DNA of 42,539 nt from a virus (lineage: Duplodnaviria > Caudoviricetes): positions 1-42,539 of the IMG/VR virus record IMGVR_UViG_3300021560_000026; one strand, given 5' to 3'. The notes under the pieces were generated by a model. The model saw nothing but the letters and a program-made list of their open reading frames with translations. It did no database searches and was not told the DNA's origin. Each line of letters begins with the position of its first letter. Positions within the stretch are counted from its first letter, which is position 1. Shown piece after piece: positions 1 to 9,270 of this stretch. The translations under genes were made by a program, and so were the position numbers.

Positions 1-260
1 GCGTCCCTAATTCCGGGCTCCATAAATGGACGGGCGGGAATATTAGCGGCAGGAGAACCATAGTTGTGAATATACGCCAAAGCAGCGTTGTTAATTGATG
101 TTGATGTTTGTCCGCGCTCTGGCTTGCGTTGATTTGTTCCGGGATTGCTTCCGTATTTCTGTTCGGTATCCGCAGGAACACCCACTAAGACTTGCGTTTT
201 AGACAGATCCTGTATATATGATAGAACCTTTAAAAAGTGGTCAACAGGAGTAGAAAGCAT
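1..260 (-). CDS. Neck/tail-completion virion protein (IPARPF-motif family), runs off window edge
   Basis: Manual translation from ATG at 260: MLSTPVDHFLKVLSYIQDLSKTQVLVGVPAD...NNAALAYIHNYGSPAANIPARPFMEPGIRD. The A.IH.YG..IPARPF motif and the position after head-tail genes support the call. Confidence 0.75.
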   Translation of the reverse strand, partial: MLSTPVDHFLKVLSYIQDLSKTQVLVGVPADTEQKYGSNPGTNQRKPERGQTSTSINNAALAYIHNYGSPAANIPARPFMEPGIRD

Positions 261-481
261 GATCTTGTGGAAACCTAAATGGCTATATATTACTTGGTGT
301 TGGTTTGATTACTTATTTTCACCGCGCGCGTCTTTAGCGCCTAACTGGTTCGTCGTAATCTATTGCAGACTAGTTAGTCATTCGCACGTAATCTGGGACA
401 ATCCCGGTGGATGGGAACCAGACTTACGATGCAGTCGCTGCTTCGATGATCTACACTAAAAACTTTAGTACCTGACATAAA

Positions 482-745
482 TTAGCAGCCTAGATTAAAT
501 ACTACATCCTCTAAACGCCAGCACGCAATATGCGGATCCACTCGCCATAAAGTATTTCGTTGAAACATACGACGAATATAAGGATCTTGAATACCCGCAA
601 ACTGCGCTGACATACTCCGACTTTCTTGCGCAAAATGCGAGTAACATTGACGCACTTGCTGTTTATATTGCGCACAAACTTGACTCATAGGCTGAGCGAG
701 TGCGCTGCTTGATACTAATAAAAAAATAGGTAGATACTTTTTCAT
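482..745 (-). CDS. Small secreted hypothetical protein
   Basis: Signal peptide MKKYLPIFLLVSSSALA and four Cys. Confidence 0.6.
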   Translation of the reverse strand: MKKYLPIFLLVSSSALAQPMSQVCAQYKQQVRQCYSHFAQESRSMSAQFAGIQDPYIRRMFQRNTLWRVDPHIACWRLEDVVFNLGC

Positions 746-774
746 GATTAACTCAGTGGGTCAAGAGTGTTTGC

Positions 775-1098
775 CTAATTTACCCTAATAATTATACGAC
801 TTGCAGCTCCATGCCATCTTCCAGCTGATCTCGTTTCAATTATCCACCTAGTTCCTTTAAGCAACCGCCGTGCCTGAAACCGGCATTGTCGTACCATATG
901 AAGAGGATCTCCACGCGTAGCTATATGCTCAGCTATTTCCTCGCACGATATAAAATGTCCGGATCGGCTCAGTAGCAGCATAACAAACGCCCACACGCTA
1001 TAGCCAACGGATTGTGAATTTATACTCTGTAACTCAACATCAAATACCTCTGAGTCAGGATTTGGTATTTTACCGCGACATCTCTGGCATAAAATCAC
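775..1098 (-). CDS. Winged-helix (OmpR C-terminal-like) DNA-binding protein
   Basis: LLLSRSGHFISCEEIAEHI...RRLLKGTRWIIETR pattern; N-terminal CxxC. Confidence 0.5.
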   Translation of the reverse strand: MILCQRCRGKIPNPDSEVFDVELQSINSQSVGYSVWAFVMLLLSRSGHFISCEEIAEHIATRGDPLHMVRQCRFQARRLLKGTRWIIETRSAGRWHGAASRIIIRVN

Positions 1099-1113
1099 TA
1101 ATTTTGCCTATTT

Positions 1114-1518
1114 CTAGTTTTGAGAGGCAGTAATTTGTAAATTTTGAACAGTAGAACAACGGTTTAAGCCTATTCCATCCCCTCCGACCACAATAGTATC
1201 ACCTCCTGATATTACAAAATCACTTGAATCACCTCCAATAATTGTATAGGTTACAGGATTATTATCTCCATTAAGAATAGACAACGTACCGACCATTGTT
1301 CCGGGCGCGGAATAACAAGATATTTGCGGAACGGACGGCGTTACTATTATACAAAACGTATTAGGTTGACAGACATTAAACCCAACAGTAACAGGTGAAC
1401 TTGTCGTTTGTCCACTTAGTAAAAACCAAATACAAATATAACTTAAATTTCGGCATAATCTAATCGTGTTACTGAACAGCTTGAACAGTAACATATTCCG
1501 TACCTCCCAAACCTGCAA
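1114..1518 (-). CDS. Cadherin/Ig-like domain protein
   Basis: SAPGTMVGTLSILNGDNNPVTYTIIGGDSSDFVISG is a cadherin-repeat pattern; start uncertain. Confidence 0.55.
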   Translation of the reverse strand: MQVWEVRNMLLFKLFSNTIRLCRNLSYICIWFLLSGQTTSSPVTVGFNVCQPNTFCIIVTPSVPQISCYSAPGTMVGTLSILNGDNNPVTYTIIGGDSSDFVISGGDTIVVGGDGIGLNRCSTVQNLQITASQN

Positions 1519-1783
1519 TTATACCAGGGCCATTGGGGTCAATTACTAAATTGTTACCTTGTATGCCAAAAATACCATTATTGTTCTGAACAACATTATT
1601 TACAACTGCAAATCGAAAAGAACCCGTAAATGTTGCATTATTACTCCAAACACCTTGCATCGTAGCTACCACAGTACCCAAAGGCATATCAGTCATTAAT
1701 GTCGAATATAAAGGCGTAACCACAACGCTTAAAGTAGGCAGCGGGGGCGGCGTTATCGAAGATAGTAATATAAATATAGACAC
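1469..1783 (-). CDS. Cadherin/Ig-like domain protein
   Basis: DMPLGTVVATMQG...FRF...GIFGIQGNNLVI...YVTVQAVQ is a cadherin-like pattern. Confidence 0.55.
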   Translation of the reverse strand: MSIFILLSSITPPPLPTLSVVVTPLYSTLMTDMPLGTVVATMQGVWSNNATFTGSFRFAVVNNVVQNNNGIFGIQGNNLVIDPNGPGIIAGLGGTEYVTVQAVQ

Positions 1784-2212
1784 TCAACTCATAGGCCTAG
1801 GTTGTGCCTGGCCTTGCTCTCTCAATATACGCCCTATTTCCGGAGGCCAAGGATCTTCCACCACCTGTGCTAACGCATTTACAAATCCAACACCAAACTT
1901 TGAAATATCACGTAAATCCAGTACCACATAAAGATTGGAATGCCAATAAACGTGATCAGCAAGGAGATTAGGCGCAGAACCTTGCAGAGGAAAAGTTGTG
2001 TTGATTTCAATTGTTCGCCGCATCAGGGAATAATCAGGCTGCCGCATCAAGTCTCCGGGCGACTGCGGTATGATAATTGCCCAATGATTATGCACCATGA
2101 GCCCCGTTGATTGCGCGCGGCCATTCTGATTTAAACTTTCCGTACGACGAATAATAGTTACGTTTTCGCCTAAAATACTTATCTCACGATAAACTATTCC
2201 GTAGATATTCAC
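1784..2212 (-). CDS. Head-closure / head-tail adaptor protein
   Basis: Size, position after the DUF4054-like gene, and ADHVYWHSNLYVV..D.SKFG.GFV.A pattern. Confidence 0.65.
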   Translation of the reverse strand: MNIYGIVYREISILGENVTIIRRTESLNQNGRAQSTGLMVHNHWAIIIPQSPGDLMRQPDYSLMRRTIEINTTFPLQGSAPNLLADHVYWHSNLYVVLDLRDISKFGVGFVNALAQVVEDPWPPEIGRILREQGQAQPRPMS

Positions 2213-2410
2213 ATCAAGCTCATAACGCTTATAATAATACTTCCGTCAATAATTACATCAAAACACAATGCAAAAGAAAAGACCACGTAAAAAATTATCG
2301 CTTACAACCGGTTGCAATACTTTATAGAATTCTCCTCAAGCCCCGAGAAATCGATGTGGCTAGATTTGATGCAACGAGCCAAAAGAGTTGACGGAGCTTG
2401 AGAAGTGGGC

Positions 2411-2614
2411 TTATCCCAAAGTGATGCCAAGCTGACGCGATAATCTATCTAAACTCTGCTCAATTCGTTCAAGCCGACGTAAGACATTTGGCGTATCCGA
2501 GGCACTTTGAGCTAAATCACTAACCGCTTCTTGGTGCTCACCATGCCGCTGATGTAGTCTTCCTATATCTTTACGCAATTCACTAATAGCTTGTTCGACG
2601 TCCTTATCCATCAA
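2411..2614 (-). CDS. Small coiled-coil hypothetical protein
   Basis: ORF coupled to the upstream gene; heptad pattern. Confidence 0.5.
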   Translation of the reverse strand: MMDKDVEQAISELRKDIGRLHQRHGEHQEAVSDLAQSASDTPNVLRRLERIEQSLDRLSRQLGITLG

Positions 2615-3066
2615 AAAGGCCCACTCTGATCGATCAAAGGTCGACCTGCGTATACTGGCTCAAATATTCGTTGTGGAGCAACTCGGTAATTCGCTGCGCG
2701 GTATTGCATAGTCGCATTCCAATATGCAAATCCATACTTAGTCTGCGCATACCACTGACCAGAACCTGGCGCAACTGCCAATTCGGAACTAAGACTAACA
2801 CTTCCCTGACTGGCAGAAGAAATACGTCCCGGTGACACCGTTACTGCTTGACCATTTACAACGCGATTTAGTTCGGCTATGTGCGCTGTGACCATGTTTA
2901 ACAGCATTGTCTGCTGCAAACAATCCTCAATCGGCCCTTCGCCATTATTAGCATGATATAGAGTAGCCTCGCACCACATCTCGTTGATCGTCTGCGAATC
3001 TACATTCGCAAACTCAGGGTAGCGCGCTGCAAATCGATTATAGTCAAAGCAAACAGATACGCCCAT
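2611..3066 (-). CDS. Head-tail connector (DUF4054-like)
   Basis: F..RYPEF, L..AH, GRISSASQGSVS and WY.QTKYG..YW motifs. Confidence 0.85.
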   Translation of the reverse strand: MGVSVCFDYNRFAARYPEFANVDSQTINEMWCEATLYHANNGEGPIEDCLQQTMLLNMVTAHIAELNRVVNGQAVTVSPGRISSASQGSVSLSSELAVAPGSGQWYAQTKYGFAYWNATMQYRAANYRVAPQRIFEPVYAGRPLIDQSGPF

Positions 3067-3079
3067 GATTTAAACCATA

Positions 3080-3109
3080 ATTTACATCTATTTTAAAGCG
3101 AAGTAAATG
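3080..3109. repeat. 30-bp dyad element, copy 1
   Basis: ATTTACATC-N11-GAAGTAAATG; 28/30 identical to the reverse complement of 19383-19412. Confidence 0.7.
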
Positions 3110-3182
3110 AGGATCTCGCTACCCGTGCCTATCCCTATAGCGGATATCAAGGTTTGCTATTTACAGCCTGTTTTACGCGCGA

Positions 3183-3728
3183 TTATGGATTATCTGTAGT
3201 GGTGCCTCTTTGAATGCCGCGCAGCTCAGGCGACTTAGAAGCCGGATCGGCGGGGTTGATCGGCTCAAACCCCGACAACTGACCTTTCATCTCTTTTGCC
3301 TTATCCCGCGTTCCTGCTTCGCTTGTTCCATATGCAAAAACGCAATGATTCTTAACGTAAGGCTGGTCAGCATTTTGCGACAACCACTCTTCCCAGAATT
3401 CTTTGGGAACACCTGTTGTTAAAGCATAACCATTAACCGTCGAAAGATCTGCTTGTCCTTTCAATACCGCCTCAATATTAATTGCATTGCCTTTTAGAAC
3501 AAAGCGTCCGGCGCCTTCTTTTGGCCGGCTGCGCGGAACCATGCGTCCGCCGTTTGGCGCTCCTTCCCACTCTTCTCGCATCTCAAATAACTCAAGAATA
3601 AGGCCGTTCGGCAAATTACAAGCCACCGTAACAGTATCTCCGTCTCCGCGCGGAGGTCGCTGAACTCGCGACTGCGGAGTCGGAGGGTTAGATGAAGGCG
3701 CGTCTTCTCGCTTACGTAACTCACTCAT
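3183..3728 (-). CDS. Conserved capsid-adjacent phage protein
   Basis: TVACNLPNGL...GYALT.GVPKEFWEEW motif typical of the gene after DUF2184 capsids. Start taken at MSELRK (3728) rather than 3836. Confidence 0.7.
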   Translation of the reverse strand: MSELRKREDAPSSNPPTPQSRVQRPPRGDGDTVTVACNLPNGLILELFEMREEWEGAPNGGRMVPRSRPKEGAGRFVLKGNAINIEAVLKGQADLSTVNGYALTTGVPKEFWEEWLSQNADQPYVKNHCVFAYGTSEAGTRDKAKEMKGQLSGFEPINPADPASKSPELRGIQRGTTTDNP

Positions 3729-3763
3729 TGGTTCTTTTATCCCACTCTTGTATATATAGCTAA

Positions 3764-3863
3764 GATCTGCCGCAATCCAAAGATCGTGAGGCCCGGTCTT
3801 TGACAAGCTTACCTCGAAAAGCCGCAGATCGGTCATTGATCCAGGAAAGGTAAGCAGGCCTCA
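3764..3863 (+). ncRNA. Candidate double-pseudoknot structured RNA
   Basis: Four interleaved 7-9 bp complementary pairs within 100 nt; a G-U pair favours the + strand. Confidence 0.4.
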
Positions 3864-3889
3864 AACTCCAACCAAAGGTTACAGACAAC

Positions 3890-4012
3890 ATGGACAATGA
3901 GCTCAGAAGCCGTTTATCAGACTTTATTCTTATAGCGGGCGGCGCGATTGTTGGCGTGGTAGCAACAGCAATAGTTTACTCAGGCCCTATTCTCTCATAC
4001 AATTGCCACTAA
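3890..4012 (+). CDS. Possible 40-aa single-TM peptide
   Basis: MDNELRSRLSDFILIAGGAIVGVVATAIVYSGPILSYNCH; below the ORF-track cutoff. Confidence 0.3.
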   Translation: MDNELRSRLSDFILIAGGAIVGVVATAIVYSGPILSYNCH

Positions 4013-5130
4013 ACGCCAATCATTTGAGCAATCGGGAAGGTCATCCTTCCGATCCAGCCCCACGTCCCACTTGAGGTCTTCTGCCTAAACGAAGATACTG
4101 CCCGGATGATTGGGTGAGCGCGCATCTTTTCATTATAGGCACAGTAAGCAGTACGCTGCCCTTCGACCTCCGGACAAATCAACTGCACAAGATTTCCACC
4201 CAATAACCCCTGCTGCGGATTAGAACTCGAGATAGCCGCATACTGCGTTGCTTTCATAACTTTCATATTAGGAAAGTTCTTGTTCAGCAAGTCGCTAACA
4301 TTAACGTTAAAGCTATTAGTCGCTGTTAGCGCAACCTCAGTCCCAGGGCTCATCGCTAAAATTAGCTCAGACTCTCGCGTAACCAGCCCATTCGACTGAT
4401 TAACGAGTAGCTCAAATAGCGACTGGATATCGGTAAAGATTTCATTCGCTGTTGCCAGAACAACGCCGCCCGAAATCCACTGCTTGTTAGTCAAGCTGTA
4501 AGCCTTAGTGGATGGCGTCAGAGGTGCAGTCAAATTTGGATCGTTTAGCGCACCATAGTTCTGCAATCCAGCTATGCCAAACGCATAGCTAAAGTTACCA
4601 AACTTATTGAGCGATAACGCTGCAGCTTTATTAAGATCGGCCACATAGTTGATCTTGGCCAATCCCATCCGATCCATCTCGCGATCACCATACTCGATCA
4701 AAAGTTGAAAGAGATATGACTGCCGGTTCGGGAAGTTCGTGTTGATACCAGCGCGACCTTGCTCGGAGAAGTCACCGTATGTCGAGACCTCTCCCGTTGC
4801 CTCGACGACCGGGAACATGGCTGTTTCCATCAGCCAGTCACCCTTTTTGACCTCGCCAAAGATCTCCGCCATACGCAACGGTGCGTATAGAACACGAATG
4901 ATATCGGGATCGATAAAAGTCGTCAACATTGCTGGGATAGCGGACGACGGATCTGTCGTAAGTGTCGGCAAGGCATCCATCGCGATCGTATAATCCCGAC
5001 GAACGTCCTCTGAGAGGTAACCTCGCGCGTATGGAAAATGCAAGCCGACTTCCTCAAAATACGCACGATCTCGTGCCCATGCAGACATGCCCTCTGACAA
5101 CGTCTGCGGTCTCCACTGCGTCGATAGCAT
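4009..5130 (-). CDS. Major capsid protein (DUF2184 / HK97-type fold)
   Basis: AMDA...IPAMLTTFIDP, KKGDW, GEVSTYGD, RQSY.FQ, NYG.LNDPNL, EKMRAH and FRQK.SSGTWG motifs. Confidence 0.93.
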   Translation of the reverse strand: MLSTQWRPQTLSEGMSAWARDRAYFEEVGLHFPYARGYLSEDVRRDYTIAMDALPTLTTDPSSAIPAMLTTFIDPDIIRVLYAPLRMAEIFGEVKKGDWLMETAMFPVVEATGEVSTYGDFSEQGRAGINTNFPNRQSYLFQLLIEYGDREMDRMGLAKINYVADLNKAAALSLNKFGNFSYAFGIAGLQNYGALNDPNLTAPLTPSTKAYSLTNKQWISGGVVLATANEIFTDIQSLFELLVNQSNGLVTRESELILAMSPGTEVALTATNSFNVNVSDLLNKNFPNMKVMKATQYAAISSSNPQQGLLGGNLVQLICPEVEGQRTAYCAYNEKMRAHPIIRAVSSFRQKTSSGTWGWIGRMTFPIAQMIGV

Positions 5131-5188
5131 GTCTGTCTTCCTTTCTTGGTCTTCAGGTCAAATTTTTCGGTTAAGGTGCGTTTTGGCC

Positions 5189-5216
5189 TTGCACTTTTCT
5201 GAAAAACTATTATATT
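5189..5216 (+). promoter_or_regulatory. Sigma70-type early promoter
   Basis: TTGCAC-N16-TATATT followed by SD GGAGA before ATG 5262; same architecture as the promoters near 29.65 and 30.22 kb. Confidence 0.6.
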
Positions 5217-5261
5217 AAGGTCTCAGGGCAATGATGCCCGCCGGAGAACGGAGAAGATGAA

Positions 5262-5900
5262 ATGGCGCGTATGTTCGACCCGAGTCTCATTCATCACTAC
5301 GCACTTGCCGGCAGCGCAGTACTAACGCTGGAATCCGCAAAAACCGGTGCTCGATTTACGTATAAGGTGCAAGCCCCAAATGAAGCGACAGAACGCGGCG
5401 GCCTAAAGAAAGACCACGGCTCAAATATTCGCTTCGTCAACCTACTTTCCGGTCCTGATAACGAGGCTTCCTACTGCTACATGGGACTACTGATCATCGA
5501 GCAGGCTGGTATCCGCTTCCGCGAAACCAAAGGTTCCAAAATCCGTTCCGACGCGATCAGTTTCAAAGCTTTCGAATACTTTGTGCGCGAGGTCCTCAAC
5601 CAAAATCGCCTACCCGAGCACCTTGAAGTTTTCCACGAAGGACATTGCGGACGCTGTGGGAAAACGCTGACGGTTCCCGAATCGATCGAAACCGGTTTCG
5701 GCCCGGAGTGTTCAGACAAAATCGGCGTCGAGTGGGGACGAAAGACAACCTCAGTGTCGGAGGTCAAAAAAATCCCACTGCGTTCCTCGACTCCAACTAC
5801 CTCAATCCAGACCCATAACGACCGAGTAGACGATCTGTTCCCCAGTGCAACCACCCCGCTGACCGTTCAGCTACGCGCTCATCTACGGAAGGCAGCCTGA
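5262..5900 (+). CDS. DUF6011-like zinc-binding protein
   Basis: TLES.KTG.RFTYKV, LSGPDNE.SY.YMG and HEGHCGRCGKTLTVPESIETGFGPEC motifs. Confidence 0.8.
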   Translation: MARMFDPSLIHHYALAGSAVLTLESAKTGARFTYKVQAPNEATERGGLKKDHGSNIRFVNLLSGPDNEASYCYMGLLIIEQAGIRFRETKGSKIRSDAISFKAFEYFVREVLNQNRLPEHLEVFHEGHCGRCGKTLTVPESIETGFGPECSDKIGVEWGRKTTSVSEVKKIPLRSSTPTTSIQTHNDRVDDLFPSATTPLTVQLRAHLRKAA

Positions 5901-5932
5901 TGAACACAAAAGAGTAGGAAGGAAAATTACTC

Positions 5933-6145
5933 ATGCCCACACCAAAAAAGCAATACTCGATAACGCTACGCTCCAGATTCGATGCTACGATCACTGGCTG
6001 GTATGACGGCAGTGACGCACGTTGGAGCACCGATCACAAGCGGCGCAGGACTTTCGTTAACAAACGCAAAGCTGCGCCTATCGTGCATCAGCTTCGTAAG
6101 CTATGCCCACGTAACGCTGAGTATATTAACTTAGAAAACTGCTAG
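5933..6145 (+). CDS. Hypothetical basic protein
   Basis: ORF with SD AGGAAGG in the plus-strand island. Confidence 0.55.
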   Translation: MPTPKKQYSITLRSRFDATITGWYDGSDARWSTDHKRRRTFVNKRKAAPIVHQLRKLCPRNAEYINLENC

Positions 6146-6173
6146 TTTCCACACGCGAAAAAGGACGATTAAA

Positions 6174-6362
6174 ATGCCACGGGGAACCACGCCAAATGAT
6201 ATAGCGCGCACTAAAAAAGAAGGTTCCGCGCCCACTCGCCTTCGTTCCCTCACCAGAGAGCAAAGCGATCAGCGATTTCGCGAAAAAATAGAACGCCAGA
6301 AGAAGAATCTCCGCTTCAATTCAGCCGCGCGCTCTTTTCGACTAACTAAGGCCAAACCTTAG
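6174..6362 (+). CDS. Hypothetical basic protein
   Basis: SD AAGGA; converges on the decoration gene. Confidence 0.45.
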   Translation: MPRGTTPNDIARTKKEGSAPTRLRSLTREQSDQRFREKIERQKKNLRFNSAARSFRLTKAKP

Positions 6363-7312
6363 CCTGGAGCCTGCGACGTCATCTTGAACAACTCGCCGGG
6401 GGCTGCCCCGCTCTCGGCGATCCATTTTGTTTCGATATTGGTCGTAGACGTAATAGTTGTTGCACCAGCAGTCTGTGAGGGCGACACAACCCAATCCAGT
6501 GCGTCGATCTGACCCCACACGGTCGTACCCGCGGTAACCCCCGTACCGGAGATCAAGCTGCCGGAAACCGGTTGCGGTGTTGCTGTATTGAGCGTCAGAA
6601 TGCCCGAGGTACCGGCAATCGCTTCGCTAGCAACGCTTTGCCCGCCGATATTCAACGAATAGCGGCCAACCCCACCAAGGGCTTCGCCAGACGCTAACGG
6701 TATGAGCTGCGATACAATTTGGGATCCCGTAGCAACGCCAGCACCAGTAATAATCGTACCATTAACCGCTGTTCCCGCCGCAACTGCTGTCAGCGTAAGA
6801 GTATTGCCTGAGATTGACCCCGTCGCTGATAGTGCGGTTGCTGGCGCAATCGAAGCCGAGGCAAGTGCTACCGAGCTTGCGGCTCCAGTTAATGCCGCAC
6901 TAGCTTGCCCTGTGGAGAAGAAAGCGTATACTTTCATATACGGCAAGACTGGCGTCGTGCCGTCATTCTGCACCCAGAAATCACCGGCATCAAAGCACTC
7001 GTTGGCACCAAACCCTTGCGGAATACGCTGCGTCGCAAGACCCAGATAATCTGTAATCAGCGCTTGCGATGCACGGTGCATAAAACCAAGCGGCAGACCT
7101 GAACCAAAGTTGTTCAGTATAGTGCCGTAGTTGTCAGGATCTTGATTTGCGTTTGAAATCCAAGCAAAGCGACCAACATACAGTCCGCTAGGCCCTGCAA
7201 CAAAACCACCCGGGCCAGCAAGAGCATTGTGGCGCGGATTAGTTGACGCGAAGTCGCCTGCAACCGCAACTGCTGGCACGATGCCAACCTGACTTTGAAT
7301 TCCTCTTGGCAA
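6359..7312 (-). CDS. Head decoration / capsid cement protein
   Basis: Q.QV...PA.AVAGDFAS.NP, G..VGRFAW, GF.HR..QALIT.YL, GDFWV and ETKW motifs; immediately upstream of the capsid gene. Confidence 0.8.
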   Translation of the reverse strand: MPRGIQSQVGIVPAVAVAGDFASTNPRHNALAGPGGFVAGPSGLYVGRFAWISNANQDPDNYGTILNNFGSGLPLGFMHRASQALITDYLGLATQRIPQGFGANECFDAGDFWVQNDGTTPVLPYMKVYAFFSTGQASAALTGAASSVALASASIAPATALSATGSISGNTLTLTAVAAGTAVNGTIITGAGVATGSQIVSQLIPLASGEALGGVGRYSLNIGGQSVASEAIAGTSGILTLNTATPQPVSGSLISGTGVTAGTTVWGQIDALDWVVSPSQTAGATTITSTTNIETKWIAESGAAPGELFKMTSQAPG

Positions 7313-7347
7313 CGAAGCCTCCTATTGTTAGGGGTTACGCTGATTTA

Positions 7348-9270
7348 CTACATACGAATGATGCGATTAGTATCGCCAAATCGCTCTGTGACGCTACCGC
7401 CACTCCCACCTGATCCGTTTATGCGCACAGAATCATGCGCGTAGCCAGTGCTGCTATCGCGACGCGATCCGGGCTTTGGCATCCGAGTCAACAAAGCACG
7501 ATAAACATTAGCATCACGCGGCAGATCACGAGTTGAGCCGGGTTCGATTGCCTCCAAGGCATTACGATAGACGTCAACTGCACTATCATACGCAAGAGAA
7601 GTCTCACCAATCCAAGCACGCACAAATCGTTCTGCTTCAGCAATGTGTCGTGCTTCGTCTTTAGTTTCTGCGATGGCGCGTGCAATACGAGCATTTACTG
7701 CTGCTTCGTCCATAGCTGGTGGTTTCCCTGGTGTCCTTGTCCCGCCGGGTTCTGGCCGTCCTGGAAAAGGCGGCGGATCATCTCGTGCTCCGCGCTTGTC
7801 GTCGGCACGTTTGCGATCGTCGGCACGTTTGCGATCGTCGGCACGCTTGCGGTCTTCCGCGCGCTTATCGCCCTGCCAGCGGTAGCGGCTACTATCCTCG
7901 GCACGCATCTTACGATCTTCTGCACGCATATGGTGAAGATTATCGCGAGCTCGTGCGACGTCGTCTGAAAGACGGCGGTCCTCTGCTCGTCTATCATCCG
8001 CTCTGCGCTTATCATCAGCATACCTACGATCTTCCGCACGATGTCTACGCCAAGCATCGCGCGCACTCATATAGCGATCATGAGCCCGGCGGATATCCCT
8101 TGCGCGACGATCGTCAGCTTCGCGAGTCTCACACTCTTCTCTCGACTCATCACGGCCCAGACGACGGCGCGCGTCTTCGGCGGATTCTTCTTTTTCGCGT
8201 TCTTCTTTCTCTTCTTCACTTTCGTCACGCCCAAGACGATCACGAGCATCGCGGGCACGAATATCCCACCCGCCTCTTTCTTGTGCCTCAAGCTCGGTCT
8301 CGTCATCGACTGCACTTGGAAAACGCACCATCCGATCAGCGTTTTCCATATCGTCGGGATGTAACTTTGACTTTAGAAATTCGAGTAACTCTGCATTACC
8401 CCCTTCTTCATCATCGTCTGCATCACGACGAAGACCCATCGGAAGACCTGCGTTTGGCTCCATGCCCAAGTCTTCGCCCGGCGGTTCGCTCTTTTCCTCT
8501 TGAAGTGCTTGCAGCAAATCATCAAGATCTTCAATATCAGCATCTTGCGCAAGCCTGCCCCGTAAAGCAAACTTGATCGCTGTCCTAATAACAGGACGCC
8601 TAGACGCAAAGTTTTTGTGAGTGACGCCTTCAAGTATGGGATCAAGATCGATTTTTGTATCCATTGCCAACCTTGGCTTTAGATACGTTAGTAACGCACC
8701 GCGCGCTACTTGGCCTTTTGGTGAAAGATTCATGTTATTCTCTCCTTCGTCTTGTGCTCCACCGCCTGGTGCCTGATGTTTATGAAAACTATCTAGATGT
8801 GATGCTAAGGTGTCCACTGGATGTGAGTTCATTACCCCACCAGGTAAACTCCTTGCTTCTAAAGAATGATTAGTTATATTACTTCTAGGTCCCTCATGAT
8901 CCCAATGTCCATAGCGACTATCTACGCGTATGTTATGTTCTGGATGATCTTTATGCACATATTTACTAGATATCGGCTGAGAACTTCTTTCCTTAGTTAC
9001 CCATCCGTGATGCGATAAAAGTTGGTGGTGTTGCGGATTAGCTACATAACCTCCGCCCGGAAACCCCGCACGTTCCGCGGAAATAGGCCCATGAGACTTA
9101 GCACGTCTCGCCTCTAAAGCTGCAGCGCGCGCCTCAGGGGACCAGGCATCCATCGCCAAATCTAATTGAAGTAAATTCTCGTCTAAACCCAAAGCCCTTA
9201 GCGCTTCTTTTGGATTTTTAAACTTTTCTTTTAAGGCTTCAGCAAGTTTAGACATTATATCACTTTCCAT
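7348..9270 (-). CDS. Capsid scaffolding protein with N-terminal tagged insert and RAxD repeats
   Basis: GALLTYLKPRLAMD.KIDL and AYDSA.DVYR.AL resemble the scaffold half of DUF2213 proteins. Start may be M6 (9255). Confidence 0.7.
   Translation of the reverse strand: MESDIMSKLAEALKEKFKNPKEALRALGLDENLLQLDLAMDAWSPEARAAALEARRAKSHGPISAERAGFPGGGYVANPQHHQLLSHHGWVTKERSSQPISSKYVHKDHPEHNIRVDSRYGHWDHEGPRSNITNHSLEARSLPGGVMNSHPVDTLASHLDSFHKHQAPGGGAQDEGENNMNLSPKGQVARGALLTYLKPRLAMDTKIDLDPILEGVTHKNFASRRPVIRTAIKFALRGRLAQDADIEDLDDLLQALQEEKSEPPGEDLGMEPNAGLPMGLRRDADDDEEGGNAELLEFLKSKLHPDDMENADRMVRFPSAVDDETELEAQERGGWDIRARDARDRLGRDESEEEKEEREKEESAEDARRRLGRDESREECETREADDRRARDIRRAHDRYMSARDAWRRHRAEDRRYADDKRRADDRRAEDRRLSDDVARARDNLHHMRAEDRKMRAEDSSRYRWQGDKRAEDRKRADDRKRADDRKRADDKRGARDDPPPFPGRPEPGGTRTPGKPPAMDEAAVNARIARAIAETKDEARHIAEAERFVRAWIGETSLAYDSAVDVYRNALEAIEPGSTRDLPRDANVYRALLTRMPKPGSRRDSSTGYAHDSVRINGSGGSGGSVTERFGDTNRIIRM
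7801..7854 (-). repeat. 18-bp tandem repeat x3 encoding DRKRAD
   Basis: gtcggcacgtttgcgatc x2 plus gtcggcacgcttgcggtc, inside a longer degenerate RAxD tract. Confidence 0.9.

Noticed and set aside
7801-7854. Tandem repeats as a possible CRISPR array
   Set aside because: The 18-bp units have no spacers and are in frame within a CDS; no cas genes are present.
7488-8645. Chain of alternative-frame and antisense ORFs over the scaffold gene (e.g. 7695-8066, 8067-8315, 7719-8576)
   Set aside because: These are shadows of the GC-rich, repetitive RAxD coding sequence; they have no SD or recognisable motifs.
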